The notes below the pieces were generated by a model. That model was not told the DNA's origin. It worked only from the letters and a program-made list of their open reading frames with translations, and did no database searches. The position numbers and the translations under genes are program-made. Of a stretch of DNA of 64,000 nucleotides, positions 8,222 through 17,052 are shown piece by piece. Each line of letters begins with the position of its first letter. The first letter of the stretch is position 1. This stretch comes from a virus, in IMG/VR virus record IMGVR_UViG_3300035152_000011, one strand, 5' to 3'.

Positions 8222-8817
8222 CCTTCCTCCACTGCTCTCTGTGCGATTTCTCGTGCGACCTCGTAGTTGTCAATATCGCACGCAGCCGCACAGGCCATCC
8301 ATACATCCGGGTCGTCGATGCGTTTCTCCTGCCCCTTGGTGAAGTCGCGGAGCCGTACGCGCATCTCGATGCGGTCGAGGGTTACTTTGTCCAACTGCAC
8401 CTGCGAGTACGCAGCGTCCAGCCGTTCCCATGGATCGAGGCCCGGTGGCGTGCGGTGTACCCGCCGCACGGCGTAGACGAGATCGCCGACCGCGCCAACG
8501 AACTGGCGCCGCTTTGTTGCTACGGGGATCATGCCCCACCATTTGAGAGCGGTCTCGATATGTTTGTCGCGTCCGGTGGCCAGGAAGCGCTCCGTCTCGT
8601 TCAATACGCGGCGAACCTTGCGACGGGGGATGTGTTTGCGCGGGGTCCAGTTTGTGCGCTTCGAGGTTGCATCGAGAGCGCGGGCAACGAAGAGTGCCGC
8701 GTTGCGCGGATCGAACCAGTTGCGGAGCCGCCGTGGGAGCAGCTCTTCGTCCTCGGGTCGTTGCCATGATGTAGGTCCGGGGCAGTAGCGCCAAGAGCTG
8801 GACGTTACAGGGTGCAC
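8212..8817 (-). CDS. Hypothetical protein; member of a local paralog family.
   Basis: C-terminus DDPDVWMACAAACDIDNYEVAREIAQRAVEEG resembles the C-terminus of the next gene. Confidence 0.45.
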   Translation of the reverse strand: MHPVTSSSWRYCPGPTSWQRPEDEELLPRRLRNWFDPRNAALFVARALDATSKRTNWTPRKHIPRRKVRRVLNETERFLATGRDKHIETALKWWGMIPVATKRRQFVGAVGDLVYAVRRVHRTPPGLDPWERLDAAYSQVQLDKVTLDRIEMRVRLRDFTKGQEKRIDDPDVWMACAAACDIDNYEVAREIAQRAVEEGCP

Positions 8818-9626
8818 GACTTCGCCTCCCCGAGGGCGCGGAGCACGATCTCATGCGCGATCTGGTGCTTGCCGACCTCGCAGGCTGCCAAGCACGCGAG
8901 CCCAACGTCCTCATCCTCGATCCTGTGACCCTGACCGTTCGTGAAGTCATCGAGCCGATAGCAAATCATAATCGCCTCGACCTGCGCCTTCGAGAGACTT
9001 AGACAGTTGGTCAGGTCTCTGAAATGGCCCGCCGGGCTAGACTCACCGTTGACGATCACACCGAACCCGTCCATCAGGTGATCTACGGCGTCCAGCTGGT
9101 CGTGGTACGGCTTGGGAAACCTGTGGCTACGGCGCCAGGCGTCACAGGCACTACGGTAGGGGATCGCCTGTCGGTGCTTCAAACATGCTTTGAGCTTCGG
9201 CATGACGCGACGGACGGCTTTGGTGAGGAACGGCCGTGGGGCGCGCCAGCGCTTGTTACGGCTCGGCCGGCGCTCGAACCGGTCGAGCTTGGCCAGCTCA
9301 CAATCGACCAGCTCGTAGGCACACGCGGCCATACGCCACGGATCGCGCCAGCCGAGCCACTGCGGGTCGGGGACGTAGACGAATCGGTTGTACATCATGT
9401 CGATCCCGTGGTGGGACGGCCGGCTGGACGGCTGAACGGTTTGGCTGATTGCGTTTATGGCCCACGTCCAGGTCTGGACGTCGGCTGTGAAACCTACGCT
9501 GCTCGGGCTTCGCGATCCTTCTTCTGCCAGGCCTGCCACTTCTTCTTCGGAGCCTTTAGGTGATCCTCGCACAAGTGATGATGCCTGGGACCCTTGCTCT
9601 TCTTCTTGCAGCCTGGCTTGATGCAC
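8805..9626 (-). CDS. Hypothetical protein; paralog of 8212..8817 (start uncertain).
   Basis: C-terminus EDEDVGLACLAACEVGKHQIAHEIVLRALGEA. Confidence 0.4.
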   Translation of the reverse strand: MHQARLQEEEQGSQASSLVRGSPKGSEEEVAGLAEEGSRSPSSVGFTADVQTWTWAINAISQTVQPSSRPSHHGIDMMYNRFVYVPDPQWLGWRDPWRMAACAYELVDCELAKLDRFERRPSRNKRWRAPRPFLTKAVRRVMPKLKACLKHRQAIPYRSACDAWRRSHRFPKPYHDQLDAVDHLMDGFGVIVNGESSPAGHFRDLTNCLSLSKAQVEAIMICYRLDDFTNGQGHRIEDEDVGLACLAACEVGKHQIAHEIVLRALGEAKSCTL

Positions 9627-10123
9627 GTCCGCGCCTTCGCTTTCCCCTTCCTGTTTACCATACTCTTCTGACGCTTGGTGGCCGCTTCCGCGGGCTGCGC
9701 AGTCCCGTTGAGCACTGCGGCGCGCTTATCGCACGACCGAGCGTGGATCGACGCGGCCCGTTGGGTGTTGAACTGCATCTCGCAGAAGATGCACATCCAG
9801 CCGTGCTTGGCCCGTGTGATGCCGCGCGCCAGTGTAATGGGATCGAGCGTGGCGAGCATCTTCTGGACAGCCTGGGGCGTGAGCGGGCCCGGAGCGACCT
9901 CGACCGTGTTCTTCGGGATCACCTTCTTTCCCAGGAGCTTTTCCGCCAGCTCGGCCCGAACGGCAGCTTCGGTTTCAGGTCGCAGGTCGTCGAGGCGGGC
10001 CTGGACGACAGCTGCGATATTACCAGCGATCTCGGCCTCGACCTCGGCCCTCCGTATTTCCAGCTTCGCATCGGTGAGCTTCTTGACCTCATCCTCGAAG
10101 AGCTTCTCGATTTTGCTCGACAT
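9494..10123 (-). CDS. Zinc-finger / coiled-coil protein.
   Basis: CIFCEMQF...HARSC and CIKPGCKKKSKGPRHHHLCEDH. Confidence 0.45.
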   Translation of the reverse strand: MSSKIEKLFEDEVKKLTDAKLEIRRAEVEAEIAGNIAAVVQARLDDLRPETEAAVRAELAEKLLGKKVIPKNTVEVAPGPLTPQAVQKMLATLDPITLARGITRAKHGWMCIFCEMQFNTQRAASIHARSCDKRAAVLNGTAQPAEAATKRQKSMVNRKGKAKARTCIKPGCKKKSKGPRHHHLCEDHLKAPKKKWQAWQKKDREARAA

Positions 10124-10131
10124 GGGTACTC

Positions 10132-10728
10132 CTAGGCGGCCTTCAGGCGCCGTTTCTTGGTTGAGCACTGACGTAGCTCACGCTTCAACGCCGCGTTCTC
10201 GTCCTTGAGAGCTTTGATCTGCTTCCGCAGTTCGGCGGCCTTCTCTTTGAGCTTGCGGACCATCTCGATGGTGTTCGTTTGCCGCTTACGCGGCACGATC
10301 TTGTCGAGCGCCTTTGAGAGTGATGAGCCCGCCGGTGGCCGGTTGGTCTTCTTCATGACCTTGTCCAGCTCGCGTAGCGCGCGTGTCTGTCCTCGTTTGT
10401 CGGGGATTCGATTCAGAACGCGTAGGAGCGCGAGACGTCCGTAGCGCTTGAACGCCGCGTCACCGAACGTGTCGAGGACGCGCAGCGTGTTGCGGACCTC
10501 GGCAGAGCCCTCGTGGAGACAGTAGCGAAGCACGTCGTTGAACGTGTACTCGACCATCTCATCGTAGGTAGCCTGCGAAGCGTAGCGCTTGCGGTCAAGC
10601 CACGGTTCGGTGTCACGGAGATGACGAAGCAGAACGGCGCGCTCCAGCTCGTTGCTCTCGCGACGCGCACGCAACGAGTGCCAGGTCGTCTCAATCTTCG
10701 CCCAGGACAGTCCCCTGAAGTTGATCAT
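10132..10728 (-). CDS. Hypothetical protein with a basic coiled-coil C-terminus.
   Basis: 198 aa. Confidence 0.45.
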   Translation of the reverse strand: MINFRGLSWAKIETTWHSLRARRESNELERAVLLRHLRDTEPWLDRKRYASQATYDEMVEYTFNDVLRYCLHEGSAEVRNTLRVLDTFGDAAFKRYGRLALLRVLNRIPDKRGQTRALRELDKVMKKTNRPPAGSSLSKALDKIVPRKRQTNTIEMVRKLKEKAAELRKQIKALKDENAALKRELRQCSTKKRRLKAA

Positions 10729-11135
10729 TGACTGTTCCCTTCGTAGAGGACGTTGCGAAGCAGACTGAGCGCCTCGGCATCAGATGTGATTGCACCCATC
10801 GTGATGCCGTCGAAGACCCAGCGCGCCTTCTGCACCGCGGTCTGCGCCTGCTTGGGCGTCATGCGTGCGGCTCCGACGGGTGTGCCGTTCTTCTCGCCGT
10901 TCTTCACACCGTTCGGTGGCGCTTTTGGCTTTGCTTTTGCTCGCCGTGGGCGATTTGCGGCTAGCTTCGTCACGTCGGCCTTCGAGTACAAGTTGCGATT
11001 GTTCGCAGCCTTCTTGACACGGATCTTCTTTTCGCGGCCGAGCTTCGAGACGTAGTTGGGGTTGGTGCCGAGCAGCTCTGCCGCATCATTCGGCGAGAGC
11101 CACTGAGCAGTGGACTTCGTTGGCGGCATTCCCAT
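10725..11135 (-). CDS. HTH DNA-binding protein (excisionase- or terminase-small-like).
   Basis: N-terminal HTH WLSPNDAAELLGTNPNYVSKLGREKKIRV and a basic middle region. Confidence 0.45.
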   Translation of the reverse strand: MGMPPTKSTAQWLSPNDAAELLGTNPNYVSKLGREKKIRVKKAANNRNLYSKADVTKLAANRPRRAKAKPKAPPNGVKNGEKNGTPVGAARMTPKQAQTAVQKARWVFDGITMGAITSDAEALSLLRNVLYEGNSQ

Positions 11136-11247
11136 CAGGAATCTCCCATCTCACTCTCCAACGCGCTGGAGTGTGACGTGTGAGTACGGGGCGCGTCCCT
11201 TCTACTTCTATACCACGAGTTGACTTTACATGGAAGACGCCTGATTT

Positions 11248-11265
11248 TGATCGCAGCTGCGATCC
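11248..11265. promoter_or_regulatory. Operator palindrome TGATCGCAGCTGCGATCC (17 of 18 positions).
   Basis: Intergenic, upstream of the 11135 gene start. Confidence 0.5.
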
Positions 11266-11267
11266 GG

Positions 11268-11462
11268 TTAGCGACGGCGTTTGGCGATGGCCATGTCCAC
11301 TTCGGTCGTGTCTACGAAGTGTTGAGTCGTGTCGATTTTCATCGTCAGGCCGCGCTCCAGGCGTTCCAGGGCGCGTTGACTGAGTGGCTCGGTGTAGGTG
11401 ATCGACCGGACGATCTCGCGGTCCTTGAGGCTTCTGACGTAGACGTTGGGCTGCTCTTTCAT
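11268..11462 (-). CDS. Small hypothetical protein.
   Basis: 64 aa from the internal Met MKEQPNVYVRSL. Confidence 0.35.
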   Translation of the reverse strand: MKEQPNVYVRSLKDREIVRSITYTEPLSQRALERLERGLTMKIDTTQHFVDTTEVDMAIAKRRR

Positions 11463-11472
11463 GCTCCGATCC

Positions 11473-11670
11473 TTACTGCGACTCGTCGCTGCGACGCAAG
11501 GGCTGTTCTTTGCGGCAGCCGCAATGGAAGCGTGGACACTCGTGAGTGGGGCACCAGCCGCAGCCCCAGTGGCCGACCTGGCCAGCGCGATCACAGTCGA
11601 TGCGCTCCTGGCAGTCGCAGGTACCGTCCTCACGGCCGCACCACTTGCAGTAGTAGCCGTTACTCGGCAT
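11473..11670 (-). CDS. Small Cys-rich protein.
   Basis: MPSNGYYCKWCG...CDC...CGWCPTHECPRFHCGC. Confidence 0.4.
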   Translation of the reverse strand: MPSNGYYCKWCGREDGTCDCQERIDCDRAGQVGHWGCGWCPTHECPRFHCGCRKEQPLRRSDESQ

Positions 11671-13615
11671 TACCGTCTCCCCACTTCTTCGTAGAGCGCC
11701 TGACAGACTCCACGAGCGGCTTGTCCTCGGGCCCCTTGACATGCGCCTTCCGCCAGTAGCGAAGCACAGCGAGCCACTCGTCGCGTCCTCGTGGTGCGAT
11801 GTCCCGCTGGTGCAGCTCGACGGCTAGCTCGGCTGGCATTTGTGGGATGCCAGCGAAGATTTGATACTTGCGAGCGCGGAGGTCGGCCTCGACCTCGGGG
11901 TCGATGGGAAGCGAGCCGCGCTTCACGCGAATGTTCCAGGAGCCGCGACAGTGCCAGCGATGCTGCCATTCGATCTCGCGTGAGCTTCTGAGGGTGCGTT
12001 GCTTGTGCTCCTCGATTACTTTGTCCTGAAGGTAGACCGTGTAGAACGGCGGAGGGATAGGCGGGTGGAGCTTCACTTTCTTGGCGGCGCGCGTGACCAT
12101 TCGGTGGTACCCGAAGTCTCGCTTGCCTTCCTCGATCAACGTCTTGTGGTCATTCACGTAGTTGATCATCGTGGTGACGATGAACGGGTGAATGCCTGCG
12201 CCACCTTCAGCGTGGGGATCGGCGCTGATCACCCAACTCCCATTCGCTCTGATGCGCACAGCGGTCAACCCTGTAACTGTCTCTGGTCTCACTGGCTGTC
12301 CCGGCTTGTAGATAGCAACAAAGGCAACCATGTCACCGTCGTCCATCAGCAACGTTGCGAGTAGCCGCGTCTCCTCTTGGTAGAGCGTGTCTTCAGCGCT
12401 GGGACGGGCTTGCACTTCCACACCGGCACCCCACGCGAAGTAGCACGCAGGAAACGGACGCTCTTTCGGCAGCTCGGGCAGATTCGCGATTAGCTGCTCA
12501 GTGAAGCGTTGTGAGAGATCCTCAGTCGATGGCTTTACCTTGAAGTGCTCTTTATCAACTGCCTGCTGGAGCTGCGCGACGAACTGCTGCTCGAACGCTT
12601 CAGCCAAGGTAGAGTAGGCCCTAGCTGGGAATTCAAAGATGACAGCATCGCGGAGCTGTGGCCAGAGTTTGGCCTGATTGAAGCTGGAAGAGATGTTGTC
12701 CTGGACGAGCTGTTGACGGATGAGCAAGTTGTACTCGACGATTTGCTGGTGATCACTGCGCGTCACACGGCGTGCATCACTGTGATCAGCTAGCAGACTG
12801 CGCATGAAGGCCGTTTCGGCTTCTTCCGTCAGGTCAGTGATCGCCAACGGGCCTTGGATCATGCCGTCGTCTTTGAACGGCTCACTCGCGCGTCCACACG
12901 CCAACACCACCGGACCGTGGCCGTCGCTGCCTTTTGGGTACAGAACTACACGGTCAGGAGGGCTTCCCCGCCACACAGATTCACAGCCAAGGATCTCATT
13001 GACAGCCTCTCGTGGCGCGGTTGTTGGGATGTAATCGATGCGCGGTTTGCTCTCTTCGAGCCGCGTGAGTACTCGGAGTGGAACTTCGATCATGCGGTCG
13101 CCGCCGTCATGTAGCGTAAGTTGGCCTTGTCCGCTGTACTCACCGAAAAAGGATTTGGGCGCAGTCGGGACCTGCGCGTCTGGATCCGGTGTAAAGTCTC
13201 CTAGCTCGGTGTCGATCTGGACGGGAATGTCGTCCGCGGACCGCGGGCCGTCCTCAGTGAAACCTAACCAATGCTCTGCCTCGTAATCGAAGCCGTAACC
13301 GTAGTGCTCACACCAGCGTCGGACCTGCGCTCGGACCCGGTGGTAGACCTCCATTCCATCGTCAGCTTTGGTTGCAGTGCGGATACGAATCGGTATGGGG
13401 TGGCGGCGGCGCTCCAGTTCGTCTCGGACTGCGTAGAGCGCGGTCTTGTCTATCTGGCCCTGGTCAGCGAGTGCCATCTTCTCCAGGTAGTCTACGAGTT
13501 GCTGATAGGTCGCGCAGCCGAGCAGATTGAGTGGCAGATCGCCGCCTACAGGCAATCTGCCCGACCTTTTACGGCGCGTCTTTCGACGCTTCTTGGATTT
13601 GCGCCGCTTTGCCAT
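11660..13615 (-). CDS. Large hypothetical protein with a poly-basic N-terminus.
   Basis: 651 aa starting MAKRRKSKKRRKTRRKR; no recognisable catalytic motifs. Confidence 0.5.
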   Translation of the reverse strand: MAKRRKSKKRRKTRRKRSGRLPVGGDLPLNLLGCATYQQLVDYLEKMALADQGQIDKTALYAVRDELERRRHPIPIRIRTATKADDGMEVYHRVRAQVRRWCEHYGYGFDYEAEHWLGFTEDGPRSADDIPVQIDTELGDFTPDPDAQVPTAPKSFFGEYSGQGQLTLHDGGDRMIEVPLRVLTRLEESKPRIDYIPTTAPREAVNEILGCESVWRGSPPDRVVLYPKGSDGHGPVVLACGRASEPFKDDGMIQGPLAITDLTEEAETAFMRSLLADHSDARRVTRSDHQQIVEYNLLIRQQLVQDNISSSFNQAKLWPQLRDAVIFEFPARAYSTLAEAFEQQFVAQLQQAVDKEHFKVKPSTEDLSQRFTEQLIANLPELPKERPFPACYFAWGAGVEVQARPSAEDTLYQEETRLLATLLMDDGDMVAFVAIYKPGQPVRPETVTGLTAVRIRANGSWVISADPHAEGGAGIHPFIVTTMINYVNDHKTLIEEGKRDFGYHRMVTRAAKKVKLHPPIPPPFYTVYLQDKVIEEHKQRTLRSSREIEWQHRWHCRGSWNIRVKRGSLPIDPEVEADLRARKYQIFAGIPQMPAELAVELHQRDIAPRGRDEWLAVLRYWRKAHVKGPEDKPLVESVRRSTKKWGDGNAE

Positions 13616-13619
13616 CGGC

Positions 13620-14441
13620 CTACTTCGTGATCTTCTGGATCTGCTCCTTCATCTCATCTGACATCGAACGCACGATCTCCATCGCGTCGTCTTCGCTCAG
13701 CTCGAAGTCGTCCTTGAGCTTCTTGACCAGGCCAGCACGGAACAGCACGCCGCGCTCGATGCTCGCCTCGGTGTAGTCGGAGAGCTGCTCCATGCGCTTC
13801 GTGACGACCTGGAGCGCGGGCATGAAGACCTCGATGAGGCCGTCCAGCTCCTTCGCAACGCGGTCGGCGGGCACCGACGTGCGGAGCTGCTCGATGCTGT
13901 CACAGACGCCGTTGATCATCGCGATGATGGCGTCGAGCTGGCTCAGCTCATCGTCACTATTGAGCATGTTCCCGATGATGGCCGCGCCGATCAACTCCCC
14001 GAAGCGGGTGCTTGCTTTCTTCGGTTCGCCGTTGCCCTTCTGCGCAGCCTGCATCTCGCGGACGCGTTTGAGCTGGTCGATGCGAGCTGCGAGGTCACTC
14101 AGACCGTGTTGATCAGTCTCCTCGTCGGGGGCAGTATCGTCCTTGATCTCCTGGACGCTGAGCACGACATCCCCGAAGCGAAGCAAGTCACCGACCTCGA
14201 TGGCTGCTTTGTTGATCTTCTGGTCGTTGACGTACGTGCCCTGGACGCTCCCCAGATCGATCACGTTGACCTTGCCACCGGGCTCGAATTCGAGCGTCGC
14301 GTGCATCCGGCCGACTGAGGGATGGTCGAGCTTTAGGTTCGACCCTGGCAACTTGCCGACCTTGGTCACGCGGCCTTGCAGCGTGTGTACTACGCCTTGC
14401 GTGCCGTCGTCGTTGACCTCGACCAGTACGATTTCGCTCAT
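13620..14441 (-). CDS. FHA-domain protein.
   Basis: N-terminal FHA fold GRVTKVGKLPGSNLKLDHPSVGRMHATLEF...VIDLGSVQGTYVNDQKI. Confidence 0.7.
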   Translation of the reverse strand: MSEIVLVEVNDDGTQGVVHTLQGRVTKVGKLPGSNLKLDHPSVGRMHATLEFEPGGKVNVIDLGSVQGTYVNDQKINKAAIEVGDLLRFGDVVLSVQEIKDDTAPDEETDQHGLSDLAARIDQLKRVREMQAAQKGNGEPKKASTRFGELIGAAIIGNMLNSDDELSQLDAIIAMINGVCDSIEQLRTSVPADRVAKELDGLIEVFMPALQVVTKRMEQLSDYTEASIERGVLFRAGLVKKLKDDFELSEDDAMEIVRSMSDEMKEQIQKITK

Positions 14442-14450
14442 TGTCTTCTC

Positions 14451-14768
14451 CTAGTAGTAGATTTCTTTGCGGGTACGCCAACGGCCGATGGGTCCTTCGT
14501 CCCAGGTGCCGTCGGCGATCTGGATGCGCTGGTAGGCTGCGTAGCCGACGAGCATACGATCCAGGCCTGACAGCCCGAGGTCAAAGTCCTGGATCACCGT
14601 CTGCGCGAACGTCAAGGGGACGAAGCCGACGCAGGCGTCCTCGTGCGCTTCACGATACTCCTTGAACGCCTTGGCGACGGCCGCACGCAGCTCGACGAGC
14701 TGGGCCTGTGTGATCGGCAACCACTCGACCTTCCACTCGCGTCCGTACTTGAGGCGCGCCCACGTCAC
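14451..14768 (-). CDS. Hypothetical protein.
   Basis: 105 aa. Confidence 0.45.
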   Translation of the reverse strand: MTWARLKYGREWKVEWLPITQAQLVELRAAVAKAFKEYREAHEDACVGFVPLTFAQTVIQDFDLGLSGLDRMLVGYAAYQRIQIADGTWDEGPIGRWRTRKEIYY

Positions 14769-15412
14769 CGCCTAATCCCTTTCGGCAGCTTGATCGCAGC
14801 CAACTTCTTCACCAGCGCGAACATCTCCTCGGGGGTCAGGCCGCCGTCACGCAAATCGAACGCGACGTAGAACAGCGTCAGGCCTGTCAGGGTCGAGTTG
14901 ATGTCCACGCGGATACCGTCCAGCTCGACACTCACTTCGTCTAGCTCGAAGGTCTGCCGCATGACCGGCCGCGAGTGCGTACTGTACTCGAAGCCGGCCT
15001 CTTTCAATAGGGACCGCAGCTTCCGAGCGCGTACCCGCGCCTTCGAGGCGCGTTGCCGGGCGCGTCGGTGCTCAGCCGCAGTGCGCTCTTCGCGCGCCTT
15101 CTCAGCGGCTTTCTTCGCGGCAGCCAACTTGGGGTACTTCGCGTCGAGCTGCTGTACGCGTTCCAGAAGCCGCTCGAAGTCGGGGCGTGACAACCGGCCG
15201 ACGGCCTGTTCGCCTTGAAGGATGCCCTTCCCGGCCGAGCCTTCGTTCCGAGCTGGTGAGTTGAACCAATCATACTTCTTGTCGATGACGTGCCATCTGA
15301 CCGGCCGGAGCTTCTTGACGAGAACAACGTGTTTGCCCTCCCAGACAACCTCGACACGCTTCAGCGTGACCTTCTCGTCGTTGCAGAATTCTTCCAACCA
15401 GGTCGGTGTCAT
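14765..15412 (-). CDS. Hypothetical protein.
   Basis: 215 aa. Confidence 0.45.
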   Translation of the reverse strand: MTPTWLEEFCNDEKVTLKRVEVVWEGKHVVLVKKLRPVRWHVIDKKYDWFNSPARNEGSAGKGILQGEQAVGRLSRPDFERLLERVQQLDAKYPKLAAAKKAAEKAREERTAAEHRRARQRASKARVRARKLRSLLKEAGFEYSTHSRPVMRQTFELDEVSVELDGIRVDINSTLTGLTLFYVAFDLRDGGLTPEEMFALVKKLAAIKLPKGIRR

Positions 15413-15436
15413 CGTTCGCTCCTCGGAGCCGTTCTC

Positions 15437-15694
15437 CTACTCAGACGGCTCGGCGTTGTCGGAATTCAAACAGTGCTCGTAGTACTTGGCAGCCGTCTCG
15501 ATAGCGTCGCCGAGCGTACGGGCAAAGAGTCGGTGAGTTGGCGGTGGGCCGATAGGTGAAACCCGCCAACACCGGCCGTACTTGCGGCCAGCTCGCCGGC
15601 AGGTGCCGACGATCCAACCGTCGTGGAGATGGAGCACCCAGGTCTGAGATGCTTCGCGCTTCACCGCGTAGCCTTGTTTGTAGTCTCGTCTCAT
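15437..15694 (-). CDS. Small hypothetical protein next to the CRISPR trailer.
   Basis: 85 aa; not Cas2-like. Confidence 0.4.
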   Translation of the reverse strand: MRRDYKQGYAVKREASQTWVLHLHDGWIVGTCRRAGRKYGRCWRVSPIGPPPTHRLFARTLGDAIETAAKYYEHCLNSDNAEPSE

Positions 15695-15815
15695 GATTTC
15701 ATCGTCCGCTTCGTGTAGTCCTCAGCCATTCTGCGCAGAGGAAATCGTCTCGATCTGTCGGTCATCGAGCTGACATTCCAAGCGTGCCGTGTCATCGAGC
15801 GGGCTGGACAGAGAT

Positions 15816-17052
15816 GTCTCAATCTGTAAGCCATTGAGCGGGCATTGCGGCGAGACGACGCGAGTACAGTCTCAACCTATTTAGCCGTTGAGCGGGCATT
15901 GCGGTCCAGGCTGTTGGTGGAGAGATCGAACAACAGTCTCAATCTATGAGCCATTGAGCAGGCATTGCGGCTTCGAGCAGACCGTAGCGGTACCAGTCTC
16001 AATCTATGAGCCATTGAGCGGGCATTCCGGCCCAGCCCCGCACACCCAAGACGTACTACCTGCAATCGTCTCAATCTATGAGCCATTGAGCGGGCATTCC
16101 GGCGCGCGCGAGCCGGTGTGCATCGCGGCTCAGCCGGTCGTCTCAATCTATGAGCCATTGAGCGGGCATTCCGGCGGCCTGCTGTCCCCGACGCGTTTTC
16201 GCGACTTCGTCGAGTCTCAATCTATGAGCCATTGAGCGGGCATTCCGGCCTCGTGCAGCTCGTCTCACCGAGACGAGATATACGAGCTGTCTCAATCTAT
16301 GAGCCATTGAGCGGGCATTCCGACGTGCGGCCTTCAGCATCGTCTCGTCGATGGTGGCATGTCTCAATCTATGAGCCATTGAGCGGGCATTCCGGCCGGT
16401 GCGACGGGGTCGAAATCGTCGCTGTCTCAATCTATTCAGCCATTGAGCGGGCATTCCGGCTTGCCGACCGACGCCGAGATTCTCAAGAAGGGGATAGTCC
16501 CAATTTATGAGCCATTGAGCGGGCATTCCGGCGCGATCCGTGCCGGCCATGCGGATGATGAGGTTGAGTCCCAATCTATGAGCCATTGAGCGGGCATTCC
16601 GGCGCAGCGGTCGCTGGGGCACTACTGCGGTGCACAGTGTCTCAATCTATGAGCCATTGAGCGGGCATTCCAGCACGCCCACTTGTAGTAGAAGCCCATG
16701 GAAATCTGCCGTCTCAATCTATGAGCCATTGAGCGGGCATTCCGGCACGAACGGCTGGTCCGTGAGTGCTCGTATGTCATCGGTCTCAATCTATGAGCCA
16801 TTGAGCGGGCATTCCGGCACGAACGGCTGGTCCGTGAGTGCTCGTATGTCATCGGGAAGCACTGTGGAACCTGTCTCAATCTATGAGCCATTGAGCGGGC
16901 ATTCCGGCACCTCGTACGGGCGCTCAACGACGATGCAGGCACTCAGTCTCAATCTATGAGCCATTGAGCGGGCATTCCGGCCCATCCGCGCGGGCAAGCG
17001 GCTCCTTTTCGAGGAAGTCTCAATCTATGAGCCATTGAGCGGGCATTCCGGC
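15816..17052 (-). CRISPR. CRISPR array of 18 repeats (36 bp, consensus GTCTCAATCTATGAGCCATTGAGCGGGCATTCCGGC on the plus strand) and 17 spacers.
   Basis: Direct repeats at 15816, 15869, 15936, 15996, 16068, 16140, 16214, 16289, 16361, 16424, 16497, 16568, 16639, 16711, 16783, 16873, 16946 and 17017. Consensus copies cluster at the 17052 (cas12-proximal) end and decayed copies at the 15816 end, with further remnants back to about 15745. Spacer lengths are 17-54 bp and mostly 35-37. The minus-strand repeat RNA ends in a CUCAAU/AUUGAG hairpin next to the spacer, which fits a type V crRNA read in the same direction as the cas12-like gene. Confidence 0.9.

Noticed and set aside
15877-16959. Six ORFs of 92-159 aa inside the CRISPR array on both strands (15877..16158, 15888..16235, 16143..16622, 16232..16510, 16622..16942, 16630..16959).
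   Set aside because: Their translations are periodic copies of the repeat (NARSMAHRLR... on one strand, VSIYEPLSGHSG... on the other) interrupted by spacer-derived residues. They are read-through artefacts of the array, not genes.
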